From the NCBI GenBank assembly GCA_002269645.1, contig NIVC01001413.1, positions 1 to 64,000 of the forward strand: a stretch of 64,000 nucleotides of DNA, read 5' to 3'. This DNA comes from Macrostomum lignano. Lineage: Eukaryota. Shown here in pieces: positions 23,482-36,944 of the stretch. The translations under genes and the position numbers were made by a program. The notes below the pieces were generated by a model. It did no database searches. It was given only the letters and a program-made list of their open reading frames with translations, and was not told where the DNA came from. How positions within the stretch are numbered: position 1 is the first letter of the stretch; every line of letters begins with the position of its first letter.

Positions 23482-23805
23482 ATCCTGGACCACCTGGCTG
23501 CACCAGCAACGTGGACCAGCCTGTTAGGCTACTGCCGCAGCCGCGGTGGCCTTAACGACAATTTCTTAGCCAGCTTCGCTCATTTCGTCACCTGCGTCAC
23601 CCGAGTCGCCGGGCCCAAAGGTGCCGCCAGTTTTCGATCGCCTCTGGCGGATCTCCTGGCCGAATCTTCCGACGCTGAAACGCATCAGGCCTGCCACAGT
23701 CTGGGGTCTACAATGTGGTTTGCCTTAGTTGCCGGGACTAAGCACTGGCTGTCAGAGGATAGGAATGAACTGTACCAGACCTGTCTGCTGCCTGCGCTGT
23801 TTAAT
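23482..23805 (+). CDS. PSME4: PSME4 exon
   Basis: cacgcag|23482, aat|gtgagc. ALVAGTKHWLSEDRNELYQ resembles GLIRGSKHWTFEKVEKLW. Confidence 0.85.
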
Positions 23806-23879
23806 GTGAGCTGTGTATCCCTGTTTTGATGCTTAATTCCCTTTAGCATCCTAAAGATTTAGTATGTTTGGATTGACCC

Positions 23880-24680
23880 AGACTCCTTTCATCATGATCT
23901 TATCGCAACCCAGGTTCTCAAATCTCTTTATCATCCCACTCGAGATTCTCAAATCCCTTTATCAAACCAACCCAGATTCTTTATTCCCTTTATCATCCCA
24001 ACCCATATTCTCAAATCCCCTCATTATCCCAACCCATATTCTCAAATCCCCTCATTATCCCAACCCATATTCTCAAATCCCCTCATTATCCCAACCCAGA
24101 TTCTCAAATCCCCTCATTATCCCAACCCATATTCTCAAATCCCTTCATCATGCCAACCCAGATTCTCAAATCCCCTTATAATCCCAACCCATATTCTCAC
24201 ATCCTCTCATAATCCCAACCCATATTCTCAAATCCCCTCATTATCCCAACCTATAGTCTCAAATCCCGTCATCATCCCAACCCATATTCTCAAATCCCCT
24301 CATTATCCCAACCAAGATTCTCAAATCCCTTCATCATGCCAACCCATATTCTCAAATCCCCTCATTATCCCAACCTATAGTCTCAAATCCCGTCATCATC
24401 CCAACCCATATTCTCAAATCCCCTCATTATCCCAACCAAGATTCTCAAATCCCTTCATCATGCCAACCCATATTCTCAAATCCCCTCATTATCCCAACCA
24501 AGATTCTCAAATCCCTTCATCATGCCAACCCATATTCTCAAATCCCCTCATTATCCCAACCTATAGTCTCAAATCCCGTCATCATCCCAACCCATATTCT
24601 CAAATCCCCTTATTATCCCAACCCAGATTCTCAAATCCCCTCATTTTCCCAACCCAGATTCCCAATGCCCCTCATCACCT
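23880..24680. repeat. 31-bp intronic minisatellite
   Basis: cccaacccatattctcaaatcccctcattat units. Confidence 0.95.
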
Positions 24681-24717
24681 CAATCCAGCTTCCTAATCCC
24701 CACTCCCAATTACCCAG

Positions 24718-25287
24718 TGCCAGCCGTCCACAGACACGTGGGACACGTGGCGCACCAGCTACGTGAACCGGTTCCTGTGCAACAATCTGGACCCGGCCAT
24801 CCTCTGGCCTCTGGCCGACCCGATCGGCACTCGCGTCGCCGGATTTGACGCTGAAAATTTCACGCCGTCGTTGGATGCTTCGACCAATAATTCGTCTGCA
24901 ACATCGGCTCGGTACTGCCTGCTGTTCACCGTGCAGCGCCTGCTGCTGCAGTTCGGCAAGTGGCGCTACCCCAGCCGCATGGAGGCTTTGCTCAACGATC
25001 TGCTTAACCAGCGCCAGCTAGCCGGCCCCTTCGCCGACTCCGAATCGATTCGGTCTTCTAGGCGAGCCTGTCTCTGTCACTGTCTCGACTGTCTGGGCGA
25101 CTCGGCTGCTAAAGCATTCTTAGCCGCTTTGAACGAATCGCCGGTTGAAAGCGCCGCGTTTAAAACTTTGATCTGGGCTCTGGCCAATCATTTGTCGGTG
25201 CTGAGGAAGCCGCTGCCCCGACTGGTTTGCGGCTCCATTGGACCGCTGTGTAGGGCCTTGCAATCTGTCAAGACTGACGACGACAAG
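24718..25287 (+). CDS. PSME4: PSME4 exon
   Basis: acccag|24718, aag|gtgagg. TWDTWRTSY...LDPAILWPL resembles TYNDWGAC...RDPRKLHWL. Confidence 0.85.
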
Positions 25288-25334
25288 GTGAGGGATTTGC
25301 TATGAATGAGATTTGTTACAGAATGGAATCTGTT

Positions 25335-25800
25335 ACCGAATCCCTAACTGGGGATTCCTAATCCCCCGAATCCCTAGACGGGTATTCCTAATCCCCCGAA
25401 TCCCTAGACGGGGATTTCTAATCCCCCGAATCCCTAACTGAGGATTCCTAATCCCCCGAATCCCTAACTCAGGATTCCTAATCCCCCGAATCCCTAACTG
25501 AGGATTCCTAATCCCCCGAATCCCTAACCCTAATCCCCCGAATCCCTAACTGAGGATTCCTAATCCCCGAATCCCTAGACGGGATTCCTAATCCCCCGAA
25601 TCCCTAGACGGGGATTTCTAATCCCCCAAATCCCTAACTGAAGATTCCTAATCCCCCGAATCCCTAACTGAGGATTCCTAATCCCCCGAATCCCTAACTG
25701 AGGATTTCTAATCCCCCGAATCCCTAACTGAGGATTCCTAATCCCCCGAATCCCTAACTGAGGATTCCTAATTCCCCGAATACCCAAATGGGATTCCTAA
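25335..25800. repeat. 30-bp intronic minisatellite
   Basis: gattcctaatcccccgaatccctaactgag units. Confidence 0.9.
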
Positions 25801-26162
25801 TCCCCCAAATCCTGAAGATTCTTTATCCCCCAGATCCCTGAATGGGGATTCCTAAATCCCTCAAATCCTTAAATGGGATTTCTAATCCCTCGAATCCCTA
25901 AAAAGGAATCGTAATCCCTGAATCCCTAAATCCCTAAATCTCTAACCCCCTCTAATCCGTACATGGGATACATAATCCACAGAATCCCTACAAGGGGGTT
26001 CCGAAACTTAATCCCTAAAATCCCCAAATCGGAATTCCTAATTCACAAAATTACCAAATGGGAAACACAATCTCCTCAAATCCATAAATACGAGTAGCTT
26101 TCTAATTTCCCTTCGATTCTCAAAAAAACACAAATTTTTAACTGGGTCATTTCAAATTCCAG

Positions 26163-26506
26163 ATAAAAAGCTGTCTCCAACACCTGCCAGCCGTACTAGT
26201 CCTAGCCAAGGATTCCGGCCTCCTAGCCGAGTCCTTGTCGGCCGCTCTGTCCGACACTACCAGATGGCAGGGCCGCAGGGCAGCACTCAACCTGCTACAA
26301 GGCCTGGCCTATCACAACGCGTTCCAATTGGACCCTGGCAAGCTGCGAGCCCTGGTGCTGGACAGACTGTCCGATCCCACTGTCGAGGTCAGAGAGTGCG
26401 CCAGCCAGGCTCTGGGCGGGCTGATGGCCTGCGGACTGTGCGAATGGACAGATGAACTGTTGCATCAGATGGGCCGGATGACTCAGTCCAAGGACCCGGT
26501 TGTCAA
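26163..26506 (+). CDS. PSME4: PSME4 exon
   Basis: ttccag|26163, aa|gtgagg. TRWQGRRAALNLLQGLAYHNAF...LSDPTVEVRECASQALGGL is a conserved PA200 motif. Confidence 0.9.
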
Positions 26507-26589
26507 GTGAGGCTTTTTTCTTTGGGTTGGTACAGTAAAGCTGGTACAGTATCTTCTCATTTGAATCCATCATTCAGACTCTCATACCC

Positions 26590-27340
26590 TACAAAATCCC
26601 ATGCCCCACAGAATCCCATATTCTACAGAATCCCATACCCCACAGACTCCCATACCCTACAGAATCACATACCCTACAGAATCCCATACCCTACAGAATC
26701 CCATACCCTACAGAATCACATACCCTACAGAATCCCATACCCTACAGAATCCCATACCCTACAGAATCACATACCCTACAGAATCCCATACCCTACAGAA
26801 TCACATATCATACAGAATCCCATACCCCACAGAATCACATATCATACAGAATCACATATCATACAGAATCACATACCCTACAGAATCCCATACCCCACAG
26901 ACTCCCATACCCTACAGAATCACATATCATACAGAATCACATACCCCACAGACTCCCATACCCTACAGAATCACATACCCTACAGAATCACTTACCCTAC
27001 AGAATCCCATACCCTACAGAATCACATATCATACAGAATCCCATACCCCACAGAATCACATATCATACAGAATCACATATCATACAGAATCACATACCCT
27101 ACAGAATCCCATACCCCACAGACTCCCATACCCTACAGAATCACATATCATACAGAATCCCATACCCTACAGAATCACATACCCTACAGATTCCCATACC
27201 CACAGACTCCCATACCCTACAGAATCACATATCATACAGAATCCCATACCCTACAGAATCACATACCCTACAGAATCCCATACCCCACAGACTCCCATAC
27301 CCTACAGAATCACATATCATACAGAATCCCATACCCTACA
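26590..27340. repeat. 17-bp-based intronic minisatellite
   Basis: acagaatcccataccct / acagaatcacatatcat units. Confidence 0.95.
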
Positions 27341-27387
27341 GAATTTAATCTTAAAAATCACCCATCCCGTCTATCTCCCCCATCCAG

Positions 27388-27646
27388 GCACGCAGGTGTT
27401 CTCGGCCTATGCGCCGCGGTCTCCGCGCACCCGTACACGGTGCCGGATCACCTGCCTGAGCTGGTGGCCCGCCTCTGCCAGCTGTCTCTGTCAGCCTCCG
27501 GTCAAGTCGGTACAGCCGCTAGAAAAGCTGTGAACGATTTCAAGCGTACACACCAGGACGGCTGGGAGCGGGACAGGGACAAGTTCACGCCAGACCAGCT
27601 TTCATTGCTGTCTGACGCTGTTGTTGGTCAGAGCTATTATGCTTGA
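27388..27646 (+). CDS. PSME4: PSME4 terminal exon (DUF3437-type C-terminus, ends in YYA)
   Basis: catccag|27388. HAGVLGLCAAVSAHPYTVP...FKRTHQDGW...QSYYA*: the PA200/Blm10 C-terminus with the HbYX-type motif. Confidence 0.95.
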
Positions 27647-27724
27647 TCACTACTGATAGTAGACTGGCTAAGTTTCTGTTATTCAATTCATATTAATTAT
27701 GCATTATGCTGTAACCAATTCATT

Positions 27725-27819
27725 GATTTTCTGAGCGCGCACGCTTTAAGTGGAGGCTGACGTGTGATATAATGATTATGTGTCTGAAGGAACTGAACAT
27801 GCGTTGGTGTTCTGGGGCG

Positions 27820-27880
<61 letters not shown>

Positions 27881-27929
27881 GTCTGACTGTCTATCTGTGT
27901 CTGTCTGTCTGTCTGTCTGTCTGTCTGAC

Positions 27930-27980
<51 letters not shown>

Positions 27981-28029
27981 GTGTCTGTCTGTCTGTCTGT
28001 CTGTCTGACTGTCTGTCTGACTGTCTGAC

Positions 28030-28098
<69 letters not shown>

Positions 28099-28101
28099 GA
28101 C

Positions 28102-28132
<31 letters not shown>

Positions 28133-28161
28133 GTGTCTGTCTGTCTGTCTGTCTGTCTGAC

Positions 28162-28198
<37 letters not shown>

Positions 28199-28306
28199 GA
28201 AGTCTCCATCGCCTGCCCAATATGTGCACTCGCATACCTGTCAGCACAAACTTCGGCCATGAGCCACCGCATGAAGCAGCGCGGTGTCCCGCTTCACTAC
28301 TGCTAG
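27725..28306 (+). mobile_element. Helitron/HINE-like non-autonomous element with a (GTCT)n core
   Basis: (GTCT)n 27821-28198, then hairpin TGAAGC...GCTTCA (28272-28296) and CTAG|T at 28303-28307; 5' end uncertain. Confidence 0.35.
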
Positions 28307-29129
28307 TAGTTCGGTCAGTACGCAGCCTTTACGCGCCTATTTTTTGTTTTATCCAGGCACTCTCCGTCTATCCAGTGTATTTTTCTGGTGCTCAACTGCT
28401 AGCAGCCAATTCTTAGTACATGTAGCCGTAATAGTAGTTGCAGTAGTAGTAGTAAGTATATATCATTTCGCTTATTAAGGGTTAACCTTTTATATCCCGA
28501 TGTTTAATCCACCTTTATACCTTAGCAACAAGTTTAAATATTTTTTAAGCAAATCTTTGGCCCCAAAACATTTCACAGATTTCTAATTTTAACTGCGTTA
28601 TATTCTACTTGTGTTTTATAGTGTGCTACTGATAGTACACAAGTAGTATGTGGCGGCTCCACGTGTTACTTCAAACTTCAAACCTGGTTGCCAACCCATA
28701 TATTCTACTTTTGTAAGCCGGCATCTTACTTTTTTAATGAATAAATCTTGTTTGCTTGTAAACTACTTGTTTCTACTTACAGTAGGCTACTAGGTAAGTT
28801 CTATTTTAAATTTCCCTTTCTCTGTGTCTTCAAATTAAACCTCGGTCGCAAATATTTTTCTTCGTTTATAAATTAAAGCTTTTTTATTATTATTCCGCAA
28901 CAATTGATCAGTCTACTAATAGTATGCTGTTGGTAGAGCACAATAATTATTTGCTTGAGTTTGTTGATTTTGTCAACAGAAATAAATAAACAATATTCTG
29001 CTTTTAGCCAGAGGAAAATATTATTTGCGCAAGTTCTGTTTGAATAGTTTCAATGCGTTGCTTGGTGCAATTTTGAAATCTTTTGTTTTTTGACTGCTGC
29101 ATTTCATCTGCTAGTTCAATCCACCTAGA

Positions 29130-29600
29130 ATTCCATAACCCTAATCCTAATTTTTATCCGGAATCCCATAATCCTAATCCCCATTCAGAGTCCCATGATC
29201 CTAATCCCCATTCAGAGTCCCATGATCCTAATCCCCAACCAGAATCCCATAATCCCAATCCTTATCCAGAATCCCATAATCATAATCCTTATCCAGAATC
29301 CCATAATCATAATCCTTATCCAGAGTCCCATAATCCTAATCCCCAACCAGAATCCCATAATCCTAATCCCCAACCAGAATCCCATAATCCTAATCCCCAA
29401 CCAGAATCCCATAATCCTAATCCTTATCCAGAATCCCATAATCATAATCCTTATCCAGAATCCCATAATCCTAATCCCCATCCAGAATCCCATAATCCTA
29501 ATCCCCATTCAGAGTCCCATAATCCCAATCCCCATCGATTATCCTAATTTCATTCAGAATCCCATAATACCAATCCCAATTCCCATTCGGAATCACATAA
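29130..29600. repeat. 27-bp minisatellite
   Basis: gaatcccataatcctaatccttatcca units. Confidence 0.9.
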
Positions 29601-30329
29601 TGCTGATCCTAATCCCCTACCCAGAGTTCCATAACCATAATTCCTATCCCAAATCCCGCTATTACAAAATCCCTCTGTTTACAGTTTATTCACTAATTAG
29701 TTGCCAACCTGACGTACTTGGCCAGCTCAGCATCTGCGAGAGCCACTTTCCTTTCGACTTCTCTTGTCTCCAAGCCAATCAGTATAGCTTTATTCCGCTG
29801 ATGGCATTGTATATATAATCAAGCTGGACACGAAAAAGTCAAGGGATATTTAGCAGTGGGAATCTGCGCAGATCGTATGAATTATCCTTCGCAGTTTAGA
29901 AGTTTGAATGAGGGCTTTGCAGACACGATGGCGGGGGGGGATCTTTTTGGCATAAATATTTGGACTAATTTCTAGTGATGGGGATATGAGTTGCGGTGGC
30001 GGTGGCGGTGTAAACAGGCCGTGCGCCTCCCCCGCACTAAGCCTCGTGTGGGGTCTCGAGTGGTGATTTTTTCCGGTGTAAACTGTGGAAATGGCTTCTC
30101 TTCTAGAAGAGAGTGTTGTTGGGTGGTTTCGGATCAACAAACTGTCAATTGCTGCTGCTGCTGCTGCTGCGAATGCGACTTCAGTCGGTCGTGACAAGGA
30201 AACCTAGGACCGGAGTCTGGAGTTGCGACTCTTCCCAAAACTCCCAAACCAATTTTTCTACTATTGACTTCATTTCAGTTTGAATTGTTCGTATTTTTGT
30301 AAATAATCTTTGGCTATACAGTTGAGATT

Positions 30330-33240
30330 GGAGAGAGTGGAGGGAGATTTGGAGAGACTGATAGAGATGGGAAAGACTAGAGATGGAGTGAGATAGGAGA
30401 GAATGAGTGAGACAGGTGAGAGACGGGGTGAGATAGGAGAGAATGAGTGAGACAGGTGAGAGACTGGGTGAGATAGGAGAGAGACGGGATGAGACAGGAG
30501 AGAGACTGAGTGAGATAGGAGAGAGACGGGGTGCGATAGGAGAGAGACGGGGTGAGATAGGAGAGAGACGGGATGAGACAGGAGAGAGACTGAGTGAGAT
30601 AGGAGAGAGACGGGTGAGATAGGAGAGAAACGGGGTGCGATAGGAGAGAGACGGGGTGAGATAGGAGAGAGACGGGATGAGACAGGAGAGAGACTGAGTG
30701 AGATAGGAGAGAGACGGGTGAGATAGGAGAGAAAAGGGGTGCGATAGGAGAGAGACGGGGTGAGATAGGAGAGAGACGGGATGAGACAGGAGAGAGACTG
30801 AGTGAGATAGGAGAGAGACGGGTGAGATAGGAGAGAAACGGGGTGCGATAGGAGAGAGACGAGGTGAGGCAGGAGAGAGACGGGGTGCGATAGGAGAGAG
30901 ACGGGGTGAGATAGGAGAGAATGAGTGAGACAGGTGAGAGACGGGGTGAGATAGGAGAGAGACGGGATGAGACAGGAAAGAGACTGAGTGAGACAGGAGA
31001 GAGACGAGGTGAGGCAGGAGAGAGATGGGGTGCGATAAGAAAGAACAAGTCAATCAGTTGAAAAACGGCACCACACACTCAGACTACAGTTGTTTGAAGA
31101 ACCCGGGGCTTCCTTGCACTCCAGGGTCCTCAGCCTTCTTGACTGCGTTTCTTATGACATTTTTTGTCAAAATTTTTTATCAACCTCTGACTACAGAGAC
31201 CCGACTGCTGTCAAAGCCCCCTCTCCAGTCTTTGTAGGTCAGGTTTTGAGTGACCTGTTCAGTACTTCCTCATTGGGTGGTGATGAAGTTTTGCGTTTTT
31301 TTCGGTTGTAAACAAAAATTTCTCCATTCCTTGTGTCTCCACATCTCTGCGTGCTGTCGGTTCAGGAATTCCACTGTGCTGAAAAAAATATACTGAAATA
31401 TCCGGTGACAGGTAGAGGGCGCATACTGCCCAGGGGATTAGCGTGTGTTCTGCAAACTCGCTATCTATTTTTACTGTTTACGAGAGGGGAGAGACTGGAT
31501 GAGATAGGAGAGAGACTGAGTGGGAAAGGAGAGAGACTGAGTGAGGTGGGAGAGAGACTGAGTGAGATTGGAGAGAGACTGAGTGAGATAGGAGAGAGAC
31601 TGAGTGGGAAAGGAGAGAGACTGAGTGAGGTGGGAGAGAGACTGAGTGAGATAGGAGAGAGACTGAGTGAGAAAGGAGAGAGACTGAGTGAGATAGGAGA
31701 GAGACTGAGTGGGAAAGGAGAGAGACTGAGTGAGGTGGGAGAGAGACTGGATAAGATAGGAGAGAGACTGAGTGGGAAAGGAGAGAGACTGAGTGAGGTG
31801 GGAGAGAGACTGAGTGAGATAGGAGAGAGACTGAGTGAGATAGGAGAGAGAATGAGTGAGATAGGAGAGAGAATGAGTGAGAAAGAAGAAAGAATGAGTG
31901 AGATAGGAGAGAGAATGAGTGAGAAAGAAGAAAGAATGAGTGAGATAGGAGAGAGACTGAGTGAGAAAGAAGAGAGAATGAGTGAGAAAGAAGAGAGAAT
32001 GAGTGAGAAAGAAGAGAGAATGAGTGAGATACGAGAGAGACTGAATGAGATAGGAGAGAGACTGGGTGAGATAGGAGAGAGTGAGATAGACTGGGAGATA
32101 GGAGAATGAGTGAGATAGGACAGAGACTGCATGAGTGAGTTCATCCCGAAGTATTTTCCTGCAGGATTTAACTGAACTCTACCATTTCACCAGTTACGGC
32201 ATTTCACATCATGATGATGTTAATGTGCAGCAACGAATAAGCTACGAGCATAATTAGGAGCAGGACGAACTTTGACTAAATAGCCATATTCGGTGGCACA
32301 TGCGTGTTTAAACTTTATAGAGTCATCATCAATAGAAGTATACAGAGTACGAGACTCCGTCTGTTCAGGAAACATTATATTTTATGTTTTTTTCATTGAT
32401 GCCTGTTCCAGTCTCGTGCAGAGGTCTGCTGCCATCAGTTGAGGGAGGAAGGAGAGTCCTTTATTGTAGCGAGTTTTTCATCGAGTCTAATGATGCTATT
32501 AGTAGTTTCTGTGACTAAATTTATATTTATGCTCCTCTTTTGGGTCAGTTAGTCTCGGATGCAGCATGGGTCGTTGCTAAGAGGTGGGGGATCGCTTCGG
32601 ATTGGTGGGGTAGCAACAGCGCCGCAGGTCAGACGAGCTTCTTATTGAGGCAATAAAGTTAGATTTCAAAATATAGATGGGATGGAATGGATGGGAAGAG
32701 AGGGCGTTTCCACCCCCAAGCCCCGAGGAGTATAAAAAATCAGAATACGGTTCTAAAATGACTTTTACTTTGTTTGTTAGTTGATTTTATTGCTTCTGTC
32801 TGAGAATGTGGTTTGGGTTTTTGTTGAGGAAATAAAACATACAGATGCTTACAGAGGGGGAGAGAGGGCAAAGTGAGATGGGAAGAGAGGGAATAGGGAG
32901 AGGGCCAGAGAGGGTACAGGGAGAGGGAAAGAGATGGTATATAGAGGGGAGAGAGGGTATAGGGAGGGGACGAGAGGGTATCCAGGGAACGAGAGGGTAT
33001 AGGGAGGGGACGAGAGGGTATAAGGAGGGGACGAGAGGGTATCCAGGGGACAAGAGGGTATAGGGAGAAGGGAAGATATGTTATATGTAGAAGAGAGAGG
33101 GTATAGGGAGGGGACGAGAGGGAATAGGGAGAGGTGAAGGTAGGTTATATGCAGGAGAAGAGAGAGGGTATAGGGAGGGGACGAGAGGGAATAGGGAGAG
33201 GTGAAGGTAGGTTATATGCAGGAGAAGAGAGAGGGTATAG
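30330..33240. repeat. Three purine-rich ~21-bp minisatellite blocks (30330-31035, 31490-32130, 32860-33240)
   Basis: gagtgagataggagagagact-type and gagagggtatagggaggggac-type units. Confidence 0.9.
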
Positions 33241-34019
33241 AGACAGAAAGAACGCATGTGAAATAGGCACACTTTTTTCCATGATAATGCAAAAAAGATT
33301 TAATAGTATCCTAAAACTATTACATGAATAAATGCATACCTCATTGCAGCTTCAGAATGCAACAATAAATTTCGATGCGGCATCCCTAAAAATTCCGTTG
33401 CAAGCATATTATGCATGCCAGCTTCACCATTGCAGCCTCTTATTGGCTCCCTGCTGTGTCTTGTCATCCACTGCATGGCAAGCTGTGCCGCTTCATCAAT
33501 TGGATGGAGAAAATGTCACGGTACCGCCGGCTGCCGAACTCGCGCACAGGTGGCAAAGTCTGCTTCTCAGGGGCGGCAGCCTTTCTTTTGTCGAAAAAAT
33601 ACCGAAAATATGCCACAAGAAAACTCGTGTTTTTAAGTGCTTCGGCGTTTTACCCGATATGGAGAATAAGTCGGGTCAGCTGGTCTTGGCAGTTGAAAAA
33701 TGCAACAGTTGCCTCGCTTGCGGTGTCTTCTGTGCGCCACTCTCTCACTGTCTGTCTGTCTCAACCACCGCTGTTTCAAGCCTCCCTGTTAGGCCTCCGG
33801 TCGCCCTCTTCGGCGAACAAGAAGCAGTTGCCTCTGGACCTGCAGGTCAGGATGTTGTAGCGCAATGGTTTGTGCTGTGTCAATTCAGCTCAGTGGCTCC
33901 AGATGTTCTTCAACGGAATTGCCATCCATTTTAGCTTATGTTCGGCAAGTCGAGATTAGACATAAGTGAGGAACGAAGAGGTTAATGAAACCCACAAGTG
34001 AAGAATGAAGAACGAAAAT

Positions 34020-35060
34020 CAATAGTAAACTTCACGAGTGAAGAATGGAGAATGAAAATCAATAATGAAATCAACAAATGAAGGATGAAAATCAATAATG
34101 AAATCAACAAATGAAGGATGAAAATCAATTATGAAATTCACGAGTGAAGAATGAAAACAATAATTAAATCCACAAAGGAAGGATGAAAATCAATACTGAA
34201 ATCCGCAAATGAAGGATGACAAGTGAAGAATGAAGAATGAAAATCAATTATGAAATCCACAAGTGATGATTGAAGAATTAAAATCGATTATGAAATCCAC
34301 AAGCGAAGAATGGAGAATGAAAATCAATAATGAAATCAACAAATGAAGGATGAAAATCAATAATGAAATCCACAAATGAAGGATAAAAATCAATAATGAA
34401 ATCCACAAATGAAGAATGAAAATCAATAATGAAATCCACAAATGAAGAATGAAAATCAATCAATGAAATCCACAAATGAGGAATGAAAATCAATAATGAA
34501 ATCCACAAATGAAGAATGAAAATCAATAATGAAATCCACAAATGAAGAATGAAAATCAATAATGAAATCCACAAATGAAGAATGAAAATCAATCAATGAA
34601 ATCCACAAATGAGGAATGAAAATCAATAATGAAATCCACAAATGAGGAATGAAAATCAATAATGAAATCCACAAATGAAGAATGAAAATCAATAATGAAA
34701 TCCACAAATGAAGAATGAAAATCAATAATGAAATCCACAAATGAAGAATGAAAATCAATAATGAAATCCACAAATGAAGAATGAAAATCAATAATGAAAT
34801 CCACAAATGAAGAATGAAAATCAATCAATGAAATCCACAAATGAGGAATGAAAATCAATAATGAAATCCACAAATGAAGAATGAAAATCAATAATGAAAT
34901 CCACAAATGAGGAATGAAAATCAATAATGAAATCCACAAATGAAGAATGAAAATCAATAATGAAATCCACAAATGAAGAATGAAAATCAATAATGAAATC
35001 CACAAATGAAGAATGAAAATCAATAATGAAATCCACAAATGAAGAATGAAAATCAATAAT
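34020..35060. repeat. 33-bp minisatellite
   Basis: aatgaaatccacaaatgaagaatgaaaatcaat units. Confidence 0.95.
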
Positions 35061-35741
35061 GAAATCGGCCAGTGAAGAAAAAAGAAACCAAATAGAACCA
35101 AAAATAATGAAGTTAACGTTGAGGGAAAGTCCGGGTATTTGTTTAAGCGTTTAAGCGTCAATCTAGAATATGTTATACCCAAACTAATTAAGTTGGCAAC
35201 CATCGCAAAGTTGTGATTATATTCGCATTGTATATTTATTAATAAAATAGAAGGCTAGCTACAACACTTCAGAATCGAAAAAAAACCAGCATAGCGGCGG
35301 GACCGAAAGAAGAAAAACTGGGGTGGAACAGCAGCCAATAGCAAGCAGACCGCTGCAACCTCCCAACCCCAACCTCCCTTCGCCCCGAACGCGAGGCAGC
35401 GGGCTTTGGACATAAACATCCCCAGAAAAATCTCTCCCCAGAAAAATCTCTAAACTAAAACGGCATCCATCGAGCGGATTTAAGTTTCTCACTTACAATT
35501 GTTTATCTTGGTTTACCTGGCGCGTGCGTAAACTCTCCAAAAACTCTCTTTGGACTCTGGACTATCGCCTAAACACAGCGACCACACTGTAGTGCATTGA
35601 ATAGATAGACATTCTGCTTACATTTTAACATATATACACACACACACGCACACACAAACAAATTGAACTATAAGGCCGGAATAAACTTTCACTCAGTGGT
35701 CTAGTGTATATATATACCCTTATAATCTGAATAGAATAATT

Positions 35742-35853
35742 ATGCAAGGGGCTCAGCTGACTGCAGTCTCGGCAACAACTAGCGATGGTTCCGCGGTGTC
35801 CATCGAGACAGCGTCTAGCAAGTGCTACTATCTGCAGACTCGGCAGCAGCATG
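35742..35853 (+). CDS. FoxF: FoxF exon 1
   Basis: ATG 35742, open to g|gtgagc; phase 1 matches the next exon. Confidence 0.55.
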
Positions 35854-35939
35854 GTGAGCGACTCTTTATAAGTGCTTTCATCTGTTTAAGACTCGCAGTC
35901 TGCACAAATTCTTAATGGATTTAAATAGATTTTGAGTAT

Positions 35940-36360
35940 CTATGAGAATCTCCAACCCGTTGAGACTCTTACCTGTGAGAATCGGCGATCGGAGTTAGAA
36001 TCTCACACCCATTGAGACTCTTACCTGTGAGAATCTCACACCAATTAAGACTCTTACCTGTTAGAATCTCAACCCATTGCGACTCTTACCTGTGAGAATC
36101 TCACACCGACTGAGACTCTTGGCTATGAGAATCTCACATCCATAGAGACTCTTACCAGTGAGAATCTCACACCAATTGAGACTCTTACCCTATAAGAATC
36201 TCACACCCATAGGGACTCTTACCCCATGAGAATCTCACAGCCATTGAGACTCTCTCATATGAGAATCTCACATCTATTGAGACTCTCCTATGAGAATCTC
36301 ACAGTTGAGACTCTTACCAATGAGAATCTCACACCCATTGAGACTCTTACCGATGATAAC
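35940..36360. repeat. ~33-bp minisatellite, FoxF intron 1
   Basis: tgagaatctcacacccattgagactcttacc units. Confidence 0.9.
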
Positions 36361-36431
36361 CTTGCCTACAAGAATCTTAAATAGCACATAAACTAAAGCA
36401 TCACTTAAAATTGATTTCTAACCACCTTCAG

Positions 36432-36905
36432 GCTACGTGCAATCACCTGCAGCTGCAGAAGACGCTGGGCACCACATCTACTGGAACGACACACCGCCAC
36501 CGCCGCCGCCTTTGCTACAGCATCATCAGCAGCATCATCAGCAGCAGCACCAGCTTCAAGCTCGATCGTTGCAGCTGCCGCTGCCTCCTGTCACACCGTC
36601 AGCCTCAACAGGTTCGGCGGTTGCTGCTCACCTGGACAGCAGCGGAGTCGGCGGGGGCAGCAGCTGCGGCCGAAGCTCAGACAGCAGTTTTGGTAGTCAG
36701 CATTTTTGCGACCAGCAGATCCTGGTTCCGCTGCCGCCGGTGCCGCAGCAGCAACAACATCTGGCAGAGCACAAAAACTCAAAGCAGGGTTTCGAACTCG
36801 TGGACTCGATGCACACTGCCGCTGCAGCTCTGCACGATGACGAGCTGATGGATGAGGCTGAGGATGGGGGCGCACTGCTGTTGGATGAGAAAGACAAAAA
36901 ATCTG
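36432..36905 (+). CDS. FoxF: FoxF exon 2 (Pro/Gln/His-rich)
   Basis: ccttcag|36432, g|gtgagt; open; ends DEKDKKS-G, in phase with the forkhead exon. Confidence 0.75.
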
Positions 36906-36944
36906 GTGAGTTGTTGAGACGGTTTAATAGGCTTTGATAGATTG

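Noticed and set aside
26507-27387. N-terminal 290 aa of the 379-aa ORF and the 310-aa ORF
   Set aside because: Intronic 17-bp repeat read through; only 27388-27646 is the PSME4 exon.
30181-32144. 227-290-aa Ser/Leu/Pro and Glu/Arg repeat ORFs
   Set aside because: Translations of 21-bp minisatellites on both strands.
34244-35203. Hydrophobic repeat ORFs (IFILHLWISLL)n
   Set aside because: 33-bp satellite translation.
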